DNA of 64,000 nucleotides from Phycisphaerales bacterium (GTDB taxonomy: Bacteria; Planctomycetota; Phycisphaerae; Phycisphaerales; SM1A02), in the NCBI GenBank assembly GCA_030748575.1, contig JASMLR010000001.1, positions 133,900 through 197,899 of the forward strand. The letters are read 5' to 3'. Below, piece by piece: positions 29,696 to 37,723 of this stretch. The notes below the pieces were generated by a model. It had not been told where the DNA came from and made no database searches. It saw only the letters and a program-made list of their open reading frames with translations. Made by a program: the position numbers and the translations under genes. Numbering within the stretch: position 1 is the first letter of the stretch; each line of letters opens with the position of its first letter.

Positions 29696-31893
29696 GGGTG
29701 CATGGTCGCGGCAACGGGCGTGGCTGGCAACTGCCGGCCATCCGGGGCACCGCCACGGGGCTGAGCGGCGTGTTTCGCCAGCGACAGAAACGTGGCCCGG
29801 CTCGTGGCGGCATCGTGGCCATGGACGCCCCAGACGGGTCGGTCCAGGACCGCGTGAAGCATGTCGCTGCCGGCGATGACCAGTTCGCCAGCGCCCGCCC
29901 GGCCCATCCGGAGGTCCAGTCCCGGTCGGGCCAGACCGTGTTGGCGGGAGTACGGCCTCCAGGACGCGGCGAACTCCGAGGCCCACGGGGCGGCATGCGG
30001 GCCGGTGAGGCTGATCCCGGCGGCAGCGGCGTGATCGACCGCTGCCTGCTCGGTTCCCGGGGGCGTCGCCAGAAGCACCACCCGGCCGGCGGCGAGCAGC
30101 TGCTCAATCTCGCCCCAATCCTCTTCCAGGTCTTGTGCCGAGATAACGACGAGCCCTGACGACTCGTGAGATGCGGCGAGCGGTACCGCGCGGCACCGAA
30201 GGCCGCTGCCGGTCCGCAGGCTCCAGGCCTGGAGGGCCTCCGCTGCGCCCGGGACGTGGGAGTTCCCCGCAAAGGTGACGTCAATCTCCGCTGCCGCGGC
30301 GGCATTCGGGGCCACCGCGGCCGCGGTGAAGTCCAGGCGGGCGGGGAAGGGTGTTCGTTCGGTCGCCATGGCCCAGATGTTCGTGAGCGCTTCGTCCGCT
30401 GGTCCCGTCAGCAGCAGGATGAGCGGTCGGCCGCCTCGGGCAAACGCTTCGACCCGGGGCGATGGCCTCGCCGGGCGGAGCAGTGACAGGGCGGGATGGG
30501 TCCGGTCCAATCGTGACCAACTGCCGGTGGGCGCCGCGAGCGCCGCAAGTTGGCGGACCGACGCAGCAAAGCCGCCGGACCGGGAGATGGCCACGAGCAG
30601 CCCACCACGGTTCAGGTAGGTGGTCAGCTTGACCACCTCTGGAATCGCTGGCGGCGGCCCGCCGGTTCGGATGGCCGCGGCGATGGCGCGGCGGTGCGGG
30701 CGGAGGAAGTCTGGGGGGGCGCCGCCGGTTGCCAGCACGAGGGGGGACTCCAGCCACACGTCAACGGGGTCCGTCATGGCAACGGACTGCCAACTGGTCT
30801 GATGTTCGAACTCGGTAGCGAGCCGCTCAACCAGCGAGGACGCCGGGGCGACGTCATCGTCGCCCAGATTCAGGTGCGCGCAGGCCAGGGGGGCGGCAGC
30901 CCGATGCAGGAGCATGAGGCCGAAGCATCGCTGGCGGAGTTTCGATGTCGAGTTCCCGGAGGCAACCGCCCACGTTCCCGTGTCATCACGGCGGCACAAC
31001 CGGTTCAGCGTTGTGGCGACCGCTTCCCGCAGCCAGTCCTGCCCTGCGAGCGTTCGCAGGCCGCTGGCGAGGGCCAGCCGCTCCAGCGCGTAGAGCCAAT
31101 ACTGCGGGAACTTGGCGCAGCGTCCTCCCCCCGGGCAGGGCAAGGCCACAAACCGGTCGTCCAGCCAGTCGAGCCCGCGCTGCATGGCCCGGCGGCGGGC
31201 CTCGCCGGCCCGGCGGTCCTTCGCTCGGCCGAGCAGGTCCTCGACCAGAAGCAGTGAAAACACGCCCGCCGACGTCATGGAGCCGCTCGCAGCCTCGCCT
31301 TCGTAGTAGGACCATCCACCGTCGTCGTGTTGGGAGGCGATCGTGGCCTGTTCGACCCGCTCGAGCAATGGCCTGGGAATCTCGATGCCCCGCTCCGCCG
31401 CGGCGTGGAGCGCCAGCACCGCCACATGCCGGGTTGATGGGGAGACCCGCGGAATGCGATTGACCGGCTTGCACAGGTAGTCCCAGCCGCCTTGCTCCCA
31501 ATGGAACGACGAGGTCAGCCGGTCAATGTCCCGCTGCAGCGCGGGCAGGTAGCGATCGGGGAGTGCAGCCCAGACCTGCGCGCGAAAGGCGACCGCGTAC
31601 GTGCCGTCCGGCTCGATCTGTTCCAGCCACGCGATGGCATGGCAAAGGGGCGGCGCCTGCGCGTCGTGTCCAGCCGTCAGCAGGGCCAGCGTGGCTAGTG
31701 CGGAGTAGCCACCGAGATGTTGTCGCGTGCTCTCGCCAGCGGGCATGCGAGGTGGATCCCAATGCGAGCCTGGCTGGTGCGCGGCGAGGATTGCCTCGCT
31801 GAGGACGTCGATCGCCGCCCGCACGTCGGATCCACGCACTTCCGCAGGCTCCACCGCCACGCCGCACATCAGACACATCACCGCTGAAAGCAT
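29692..31893 (-). CDS. large protein with N-terminal prenyltransferase/squalene-cyclase-like repeats and C-terminal DUF4159-like region
   Basis: In the first ~330 aa there are repeated Q/D-x-x-G-G-W type motifs (HWEQGGWDY, QHDDGGWSYY, RDDTGTWAV, EPDGTYAV, PGSHWDP). The C-terminal half carries SPLVLATGG...LTTYLNRGGLLVA, which resembles DUF4159. Confidence 0.55.
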   Translation of the reverse strand: MLSAVMCLMCGVAVEPAEVRGSDVRAAIDVLSEAILAAHQPGSHWDPPRMPAGESTRQHLGGYSALATLALLTAGHDAQAPPLCHAIAWLEQIEPDGTYAVAFRAQVWAALPDRYLPALQRDIDRLTSSFHWEQGGWDYLCKPVNRIPRVSPSTRHVAVLALHAAAERGIEIPRPLLERVEQATIASQHDDGGWSYYEGEAASGSMTSAGVFSLLLVEDLLGRAKDRRAGEARRRAMQRGLDWLDDRFVALPCPGGGRCAKFPQYWLYALERLALASGLRTLAGQDWLREAVATTLNRLCRRDDTGTWAVASGNSTSKLRQRCFGLMLLHRAAAPLACAHLNLGDDDVAPASSLVERLATEFEHQTSWQSVAMTDPVDVWLESPLVLATGGAPPDFLRPHRRAIAAAIRTGGPPPAIPEVVKLTTYLNRGGLLVAISRSGGFAASVRQLAALAAPTGSWSRLDRTHPALSLLRPARPSPRVEAFARGGRPLILLLTGPADEALTNIWAMATERTPFPARLDFTAAAVAPNAAAAAEIDVTFAGNSHVPGAAEALQAWSLRTGSGLRCRAVPLAASHESSGLVVISAQDLEEDWGEIEQLLAAGRVVLLATPPGTEQAAVDHAAAAGISLTGPHAAPWASEFAASWRPYSRQHGLARPGLDLRMGRAGAGELVIAGSDMLHAVLDRPVWGVHGHDAATSRATFLSLAKHAAQPRGGAPDGRQLPATPVAATMHP

Positions 31894-31955
31894 GCGGGCA
31901 CGCTATCGCCGGTGAAGGCACGATCCGCAAGGTGTGGCGGAAATGCGCCCCGGCG

Positions 31956-33917
31956 TCAGATCGCCGCGCCGCTCGGTCGCTGGACGGACTCAATGACTGG
32001 TGGGCTTGCATGCCCACGCTTTGACGCTACGCGGATGGCACCGCGCACGCCGGCGAGGTCGAGGCCGGCCTCGGCCAGTTGCTCACCTCTGCTGCCCTGA
32101 TGGATCCAGCGATCGGGCAGCCCTGCCCTGGAAATCAGGGATGCATCCAGGCCGCGATCGACGGCTTCCTCGATCACCGCTGCGCCGAATCCCCCGATGA
32201 TGCCGTGATCCTCAATGGTGAGTATCGGTGTGCCACGGCTGAGCGTCCGCTCGATGAGGTCGCCGTCCACAGGCTTGGCGAATCGGCCGTCCCAGACTTC
32301 CACTGATAGTTCGGGATCGAGTTCCTCCGCGGCGTCGAGCGCCGTCATGGCGGGAACACCGTAGGCGATGACCGTGACGTCGGGCTCGGCGGCTTCACGC
32401 AGAAGCCGTGCCTTGCCCAGTTCAAAGACCGGACATCCGGCCTCGGTCAGTCGGTCATCGACTTCGTCACGCGGGTACCGAACTGCCGTCAGTCCTTCAT
32501 CGCGGGTGCGCATGAACTCCAGTGACGCTCGGAGGCTCGCTTCGTCGATGGCAGCCATCAACACGGCCCCGGGGAGTGCGCGAAGGATGGACACGTCGCA
32601 GAATCCGTGGTGGACCGCGCCGTCGCCCCCGACGAGTCCTGCGCGGTCCAGGCACAGTCGGAGCGGAAGGCCCTGAAGCGAGGCTTCCTGGAAGCACTGG
32701 TCAAACGCCCGCTGGAGGAAGGTTGAGTAGACGGCGAAGAACGGGCGAAGGCCCGTTTTGGCCATGCCCGCCATCATGTCTGCTGCGTGTGACTCGCAGA
32801 TGCCGGTGTCCCAAGTGCGATCCGGGAAGCGTTCAAGCGACTTGATGACGCCCGTGCCGTCGGGCATGGCGGCCGTGCAGGCGGTGACCGTGCCGTCCCG
32901 CTCCATCAATTCACACAGGGCGTCTCCGAACGCAGCGGTGAAGCTCCGCCCGCTTGATGCCACCTCCACGCGGCACCCCTGAACGGAGTGGGGTTTGGGT
33001 GAATGGAACGCCGTTGCGTCGCTCTCTGTGTACTCGAAGCCCTTGCCCTTGACGGTATGTGCGTGCAGGACGAGGGGTAGGTCAACATCCTTGACGGTTG
33101 CAAGCGTCTCAATCAGAGCCGGAATGTCATGCCCGTCGACAGGTCCGACGTGGAGCAGGCCGAACTTCTCGAACCAGGGGTCATCGGTCACCATGTCCTT
33201 GGCAACTTCTCCGAGCCGGTGTCCCCAATCTCGGAGCGTCTCTCCGCCGGGCAGGCTGCTCACCACGCCCTTGGCGGCTCGCTTCATGGATCTGTAGGTG
33301 TCGCTGACCCGAAGCCGGTCAAAGTATGAGGCGACGGCGCCTTGCGGTCTTGCAATGCTCATCCCGTTGTCGTTGAGCACCACGAGGAACTGCCTGCCGA
33401 GTGTTCCGGCGTGATTCAGTCCCTCCATCGAAAGCCCGTTGACAATGCTGGCGTCGCCGACAAAGGCGACGGTTCGGCGACCGTCCGGTGTTTCGGGTGA
33501 CCATCCCTCGCCACGGAGCGTGTCGCCGCGGGCCAGGCCGGTAGCAGTTGAGATCGCGGTGCCCGCGTGGCCCACCATGAAGAGATCCTGGTCCGACTCC
33601 GCCGGATCCGGGAAACCGCCCATGCCGCCACGCTGGCGAAGTCTGCCAAGCATCGGATAGCGGCCGGTCAGCAACTTGTGCGGGTAGCACTGGTGTCCGA
33701 CGTCAAACAGAAGTCGATCATGGCCAAAGTCGAACACGCGGTGCAGCGCAATGAACAGTTCGACAACGCCAAGGTTGGGAGCTAGATGGCCGCCGGTCTT
33801 CTGGACCTGTTGGCAAATCTCGTGGCGCATTTCGGCGGCGAGAGTCGGCAACTGCTCGATGTCCAACGCCTTCAGGTCGGCGGGCGATTGGATATCGGGG
33901 AGAAGGGTGAGGTCCAT
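31956..33917 (-). CDS. dxs: 1-deoxy-D-xylulose-5-phosphate synthase
   Basis: It has the TPP motif GDASIVNGLSMEGLNHAG, the segment GHAGTAISTATGLA and full-length 653 aa. AGGAG lies upstream of ATG 33917. Confidence 0.95.
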   Translation of the reverse strand: MDLTLLPDIQSPADLKALDIEQLPTLAAEMRHEICQQVQKTGGHLAPNLGVVELFIALHRVFDFGHDRLLFDVGHQCYPHKLLTGRYPMLGRLRQRGGMGGFPDPAESDQDLFMVGHAGTAISTATGLARGDTLRGEGWSPETPDGRRTVAFVGDASIVNGLSMEGLNHAGTLGRQFLVVLNDNGMSIARPQGAVASYFDRLRVSDTYRSMKRAAKGVVSSLPGGETLRDWGHRLGEVAKDMVTDDPWFEKFGLLHVGPVDGHDIPALIETLATVKDVDLPLVLHAHTVKGKGFEYTESDATAFHSPKPHSVQGCRVEVASSGRSFTAAFGDALCELMERDGTVTACTAAMPDGTGVIKSLERFPDRTWDTGICESHAADMMAGMAKTGLRPFFAVYSTFLQRAFDQCFQEASLQGLPLRLCLDRAGLVGGDGAVHHGFCDVSILRALPGAVLMAAIDEASLRASLEFMRTRDEGLTAVRYPRDEVDDRLTEAGCPVFELGKARLLREAAEPDVTVIAYGVPAMTALDAAEELDPELSVEVWDGRFAKPVDGDLIERTLSRGTPILTIEDHGIIGGFGAAVIEEAVDRGLDASLISRAGLPDRWIHQGSRGEQLAEAGLDLAGVRGAIRVASKRGHASPPVIESVQRPSGAAI

Positions 33918-33949
33918 GAGAGGCTCCTGATGGGGCGGTAATGGCGTGA

Positions 33950-33955
33950 AGTGTA
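33950..33955 (-). promoter_or_regulatory. -10-like box TACACT upstream of dxs
   Basis: The minus strand reads CTGCTACACTTC, then 32 nt including AGGAG, then the ATG. The 12-mer is identical to the one upstream of tRNA-Asp. Confidence 0.4.
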
Positions 33956-33998
33956 GCAGCGGACTCGGCGATGTCCCCGCTCAATTCCCGGATCCGGG

Positions 33999-34904
33999 TC
34001 AGCGTGTTCGAACCGCCATGAGTTCCGCGAGGCATGCCAGCGGGCTGGCCGCCGGTCCGAGAGCCGTGACCGCTGCCACGGCCTCGTCTCGAAGTCTGTT
34101 GACCTCGTCGTGGCATGCGGACGTGCCGAGCACACCCGGGTAGGTCCGCTTGCCGCTTGCCGCGTCCTTGCCTGTCGCCTTGCCGACGTGTTCGGCGGGC
34201 TGCGTGACGTCGAGCATGTCGTCGACAATCTGGAACATCAGTCCCATCGCCTCGCCGTACCTCGTCAACGCGTCAAGGGATGCTGCGTCAGCGCCGCCGC
34301 ACCGGCCTCCCATGCGGCATGCAGCTCGAATCAGGGCGCCGGTCTTGTTTCGATGCACGAGCCGCACCTGATCGATCGCGTTGAGGGCGTCGGGGAGTCC
34401 GCCAAGCGTGTCGTACACCTGACCCGCGACCATATCCGAGGTGCCATGGGCCAACTCGCCCACGAGCGATGCGCGGACGTCTGCGGCGCACTGGGCGTCC
34501 GCGAGGAGCCCGAACGCCATGGCGAGCATGAGATCACCCGCGAGAATCGCCATGGGCTCGCCAGCGTGCACATGCAGCGTGGGGCGGCCTCGCCGAAGGT
34601 CATCGTCGTCGAGCGCTGGCAGGTCGTCATGAACGAGGCTGAAGCAGTGCACAAACTCGATGGCCGCGGCCGCAGGGAGCGCGTCCTCGTCACATCCTCC
34701 GACGGCCTTGCAGCACGAGAGAACGAGTGCCGGTCGCAATCGCTTGCCTCCGCCGAGGACGCCGTACTGTGCTGCCTCGGCCAGTTGCGGCGGGAGGCTG
34801 CTCCAGTTCACTTCGTCGGCCATCCACCGGTCGACCAGGCGGCCGGCGGCCTCAAGCGTGTCTCGGCCCGCCTGAACCGTGGTATCTGTCGTGGAGTGTG
34901 TCAT
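33999..34904 (-). CDS. ispA: (E)-polyprenyl diphosphate synthase (farnesyl/geranylgeranyl diphosphate synthase)
   Basis: The first DDxxD motif is LVHDDLPALDDDDLRRG and the second is FQIVDDMLD. The start is ATG 34904. Confidence 0.9.
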   Translation of the reverse strand: MTHSTTDTTVQAGRDTLEAAGRLVDRWMADEVNWSSLPPQLAEAAQYGVLGGGKRLRPALVLSCCKAVGGCDEDALPAAAAIEFVHCFSLVHDDLPALDDDDLRRGRPTLHVHAGEPMAILAGDLMLAMAFGLLADAQCAADVRASLVGELAHGTSDMVAGQVYDTLGGLPDALNAIDQVRLVHRNKTGALIRAACRMGGRCGGADAASLDALTRYGEAMGLMFQIVDDMLDVTQPAEHVGKATGKDAASGKRTYPGVLGTSACHDEVNRLRDEAVAAVTALGPAASPLACLAELMAVRTR

Positions 34905-34919
34905 GATTGAATCCGCCCC

Positions 34920-34926
34920 TACTATA
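34920..34926. promoter_or_regulatory. shared AT-rich heptamer TACTATA between divergent ispA and the exbB-like gene (candidate bidirectional -10)
   Basis: The plus strand reads TACTAT 7 nt before ATG 34933. The minus strand reads TATAGT 16 nt before ATG 34904. Confidence 0.35.
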
Positions 34927-34932
34927 CCGGCC

Positions 34933-35613
34933 ATGTACGATCTGGCGATCATTGCCGCGGCGGCTGCGCCGGATGCGGAGGCGGGCGTTTCGGCGGAACT
35001 GTCCTCGCTGATGACCCGCGGCGGGTACGTCATGATTCCGTTGCTGATCCTGAGTGTCATCAGCCTGACACTCATTGTGGAACGCGCGATCTTCTGGGTC
35101 GGCGTCAACGGCAAGACGAGCCTCCGCCGACTGGCGCGTCTGAACCACGCGCTTCGGTCAGGCGACCCCGCATTGGTTCGAGGCCTGGTGGCCGACGACG
35201 GGACGCCATACGGGCGCGTGGCGTGCAGACTTGTGGAAGAAGGCGCCAACGATGCCGTTGCGCTGGAGGCCGTCGAGGATCAGCGTGGGCGGCTTGAGCG
35301 GTACATGGTGACCATGTCGACGATCATCACCGCCGCGCCATTGCTCGGCATCCTCGGGACGGTCCTTGGCATCATTCAGAGCTTTGAACTCCTTGGGGGC
35401 CGGTCCACGTTGACCGATCCCACGGAAGTTGCCGGAGGCATTGCCGCGGCGCTGCTCACGACTGCCTTCGGGCTCGTTGTGGCGTTGGTGACGCTGTTTC
35501 CCTACATGGCGTACCGAGGGCAGTCGGCCCGTGCCATCGGTCGACTGGAATCGCTGGTGGCGGCAGGACAGGAGGGGGATCGGCGTGTTGGCCGCTCCGC
35601 GGATGCAGCATGA
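34933..35613 (+). CDS. MotA/TolQ/ExbB-family proton channel protein
   Basis: It has three TM helices and the family core TIITAAPLLGILGTVLGIIQSF...GGIAAALLTTAFGLVVAL. ATG 34933 is preferred over ATG 34903. Confidence 0.75.
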   Translation: MYDLAIIAAAAAPDAEAGVSAELSSLMTRGGYVMIPLLILSVISLTLIVERAIFWVGVNGKTSLRRLARLNHALRSGDPALVRGLVADDGTPYGRVACRLVEEGANDAVALEAVEDQRGRLERYMVTMSTIITAAPLLGILGTVLGIIQSFELLGGRSTLTDPTEVAGGIAAALLTTAFGLVVALVTLFPYMAYRGQSARAIGRLESLVAAGQEGDRRVGRSADAA

Positions 35614-36773
35614 TCGGTGTGCTGCTGACCGTCGCGATCGCAGGCGATCCCGCTTGGATGCGACCCTCATGGGATGCCTCGAGCGGCCAGTTGGAGATTG
35701 CCGCGAGAGCATGGCAGGCGTCCCCGCAGGGGCCAACCGTGTGGCTGGTGGGCGTCTCGCATTTGGGCGAGCCCGAGTACTACCGCGAAATCCGCGCCCT
35801 GCTGGACGGCTGTGATGTAGTTGTCTTCGAGTCGGTGCTCCCCGAGGCGGCTCAACCTCCGGGAGGCGACGACGACGCGGCCCGCGCAGAGACGACCCGA
35901 TCAACCGCTGAGTTGATCGCACGGACGCTCGGCGGTGTGGAGGTCGTCGATTGGAATCAGGCCATCGAACGGGCTGGCCAGACGAACACTCCGGCGGTGT
36001 CAATCATCCGTTCGCTTCCCCGGGACGGGTGGGGTCGTCCGTGGATTCTGACGGCTGATCACATCATCAGCCGCGGCGCCGACGGACGTGCTGGTGGTGA
36101 CGCTGCTGCCGCGGACATTGTGATTGAACTGCCCGAAGCAGTGGGGGACGACGACGGGGGGAGTCTGCAGCGGACGATGGCGGAATCTCTTGGACTGGCG
36201 TTCCAACTCGATGCACTTCCGTACGCGGATCGACGCTGGGTACCCGGTGACATGCGGATCGACGAAGTCGTGGCCGCCTTTGAGGTGAGAGGCCAGGGTG
36301 CCGATGGCATGCTGTCCCTTCTCTCGGAAGACGGGTTCTTCGGCGGCCTCTTGAGCGGGATGATGGAGATGATCCCGCTGATCGATTCACTTTTCGGGGG
36401 AAGAGTCGTGGACACATTCCGGGTGCTGATGATCGAAATGCTTGGAAACGAGGAATTGGTTCATGGCACATTGGATATGCAGGCGCCTGCCATTCGAGAA
36501 GTTCTGATCGATCTGCGGAACGAGCGTGCCATGGAAGTGTTGCACGCGGAGCTCGATGCGTTGGGGGCGGGCGAGTCCATTGCCCTGCTCTATGGCGCGG
36601 GCCATCTGCCCGGCCTCGTTGCATTGCTGGAGGCCGATGACGCTTGGGTGGTGTCCGACGAACGCTGGTTGCCGGCGATCACGCTTGATCTGGAAACCTC
36701 GCCGCTGAGCGCTGCGGAGGTCAAAATGCTCAGAGGATGGATCGGCACGTTCGGGTCGCAGATGCTTCGGTAG
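35610..36773 (+). CDS. TraB/GumN-family protein
   Basis: Its ATG overlaps the exbB-like stop (ATGA). Matching segments are TVWLVGVSHLGEPEYY, VVVFESV, and the C-terminal IALLYGAGHLPGLVALLE typical of TraB/GumN. Confidence 0.6.
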   Translation: MIGVLLTVAIAGDPAWMRPSWDASSGQLEIAARAWQASPQGPTVWLVGVSHLGEPEYYREIRALLDGCDVVVFESVLPEAAQPPGGDDDAARAETTRSTAELIARTLGGVEVVDWNQAIERAGQTNTPAVSIIRSLPRDGWGRPWILTADHIISRGADGRAGGDAAAADIVIELPEAVGDDDGGSLQRTMAESLGLAFQLDALPYADRRWVPGDMRIDEVVAAFEVRGQGADGMLSLLSEDGFFGGLLSGMMEMIPLIDSLFGGRVVDTFRVLMIEMLGNEELVHGTLDMQAPAIREVLIDLRNERAMEVLHAELDALGAGESIALLYGAGHLPGLVALLEADDAWVVSDERWLPAITLDLETSPLSAAEVKMLRGWIGTFGSQMLR

Positions 36774-36784
36774 CCCGGAGGGGC

Positions 36785-37723
36785 TCACTCGGCTTCATGC
36801 GTGAACTGCTTGGCCGGAATGTCCTTGACCATCTTGGCCGCGTCGATCCAGTGGGACTGGTCGGCGAGATCCGTAGCGGATTGAGAGGCGACGTGCCCGT
36901 CGGCAAAGTACACCGGGAGGCGCATGTCCGAACCGATTCTCGGAATGGCAACGTCAGCTTCAAACGTCTCAATGTCGTCGAACGAGAGGATGTTCCATTG
37001 ACGCTGGTCAGCCAGGATGGGTGGTGTGACCTCAAACCAGTGCTGCGCCGCTTCGTCGGCATCCGAGATGCCCCATGACCTTGCTGTTGGCATGAGGGCT
37101 CCGGCCATGAACACGTAGGTTGACGCTGGTCGTTTCATTTTTCCCAGAGACTCAGCGACGACATTGTCGTGCGTGCGGTCCGAGAGGCGGGCTCTGGTGA
37201 ACTCCAGACGTGGCCGGCCGGTCGCGGGCGACATGTCATAGTGCCCTCCGACGTACCAGCCGTTGTAGGCGAAGGCAGGGTGGTAGGCGATCTGCTCGCC
37301 ATACTCGGGATAGTCGACGATCGGGAGGGCCGAACGTGCTTCGCGATCGAGCAAGGGCACCAGATCGGATCCGAGGTGTGGCGCGAGCCTCCAGGTCCAT
37401 GGCGCCGCGATGTCGGGGAGGTCTTCCTCAAAGGTCGGAGCAGGTGGAATCAGGTGGCCGTCCGGATAGGTCAGGACCAGCCGAAGTTCCTTCTGCGTCT
37501 CTCGCGAGATCCATCCGGGAACAAACCGGTCCCGGCTGTCGACGCTGTACTGCTTCCAGGCGAGGCCGACCTGCCGGAGGTCGTTGGCCTGCTCGGTCAG
37601 CCCGGCATGCCGTTTGAGGTACATCAAGCCGGTCGCCGACATGGCGATCAGCACACCGATGATCGCCAGCACGATCACGAGTTCAATCAGAGAGAAGCCG
37701 CGGCGGCTGGCCGGGCCGATCAT
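36785..37723 (-). CDS. DUF1559-type protein with prepilin-type N-terminal cleavage/methylation domain
   Basis: It has RRGFSLIELVIVLAIIGVLIAM near the N-terminus and the C-terminal motif LPVYFADGHVAS. Its ATG overlaps the ispG stop (ATGA). Confidence 0.8.
   Translation of the reverse strand: MIGPASRRGFSLIELVIVLAIIGVLIAMSATGLMYLKRHAGLTEQANDLRQVGLAWKQYSVDSRDRFVPGWISRETQKELRLVLTYPDGHLIPPAPTFEEDLPDIAAPWTWRLAPHLGSDLVPLLDREARSALPIVDYPEYGEQIAYHPAFAYNGWYVGGHYDMSPATGRPRLEFTRARLSDRTHDNVVAESLGKMKRPASTYVFMAGALMPTARSWGISDADEAAQHWFEVTPPILADQRQWNILSFDDIETFEADVAIPRIGSDMRLPVYFADGHVASQSATDLADQSHWIDAAKMVKDIPAKQFTHEAE

Noticed and set aside
29696-29986. Upstream 97 codons of the 241-aa ORF that ends as the thioesterase
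   Set aside because: This part overlaps the 3' end of the 733-aa gene in another frame and is Arg/Pro/Gly-rich. Hotdog-fold similarity starts just after GTG 29695.
34903-34905. ATG 34903 as the start of the exbB-like gene, forming a palindromic CATG with the ispA start on the other strand
   Set aside because: It would leave zero intergenic space for either promoter. ATG 34933 gives a normal ExbB-type N-terminus and is preceded by the only AT-rich element. The question remains open until TSS data exist.
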